Positions 34,454 through 34,564 of a DNA stretch of 34,564 nucleotides are shown in pieces (the first letter of the stretch is position 1; each line of letters begins with the position of its first letter). Both the position numbers and the translations under genes were made by a program. The notes under the pieces are model-generated. The model had not been told where the DNA came from and made no database searches. It saw only the letters and a list, made by a program, of their open reading frames with translations. The stretch is from IMG/VR virus record IMGVR_UViG_3300048574_000391, positions 1 through 34,564 of that record. The stretch is one strand, 5' to 3'. The DNA comes from a virus (taxonomy: Duplodnaviria > Caudoviricetes).

Positions 34454-34564
34454 ATGGGTGAGGATGCTGAAGGTCGCAAGGGTCCGGACTGGGGAGTGCT
34501 GATCGCGGTGCTGGTCGGGCTCGCGCTCGTGGTCGGCTACGTGATCGTGCAGTCCGTCGACTGA
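34454..34564 (+). CDS. 36-aa single-TM protein, leaderless (moron or host flank)
   Basis: TACGGT -10 box (34441-34446) 7 nt before ATG; WGVLIAVLVGLALVVGYVIV. Confidence 0.6.
   Translation: MGEDAEGRKGPDWGVLIAVLVGLALVVGYVIVQSVD

Larger units (their letters stand above)
1..34564. mobile_element. Temperate siphovirus prophage of an actinobacterium (HK97-type head, long non-contractile tail), apparently complete coding content; att sites not visible in window
   Basis: Complete module order: integrase, immunity switch, early/replication, packaging, head, tail, lysis, fibre; no obvious frameshifts in core genes. Confidence 0.95.

Noticed and set aside
1-34564. attL/attR, tRNA genes, CRISPR arrays, DGR or reverse transcriptase
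   Set aside because: No terminal direct repeat, cloverleaf, spaced repeat array or RT motif seen by eye; the window is trimmed to gene ends
1-34564. Very frequent CTCGAG/TCGA/GAGCTC words
   Set aside because: Explained by Leu-Glu/Glu-Leu codon bias in high-GC actinobacterial genes

Overview
The whole window (very high GC) reads as an apparently intact temperate siphovirus in prophage gene order. The host is almost certainly an actinobacterium (WhiB domain, leaderless TANNNT/CANNNT promoters). Order: tyrosine integrase; immunity switch (XRE repressor and divergent Cro-like gene with three RCAAG-N5-CTTGY operators); excisionase-like gene; a long translationally coupled early operon (MerR-like HTH, YfdP/DUF2303 pair, HTH-WhiB fusion, RusA, replisome-organiser initiator with internal iteron-like repeats, adenine methyltransferase); HNH, probable cos region, TerS, TerL, HK97-type portal, protease and capsid; a GT-A plus membrane GT-C-like glycosyltransferase pair inside the head-neck operon; neck and tail genes, tape measure, LamG-like tail protein; lysis cassette; tail fibre and DUF4082 gene. 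The att sites are not visible. Best leads: the glycosylation pair, whose GT-C-like member lacks the usual first TM helix; a 44-aa ORF missed by the ORF track that resembles half a histone fold; a possible SinI-like antirepressor; a TerS with a histone-H1-like tail; an Acb2-like helical-hairpin candidate; and parS-like palindromes next to cos. All family calls come from motif recognition by eye, not database searches.
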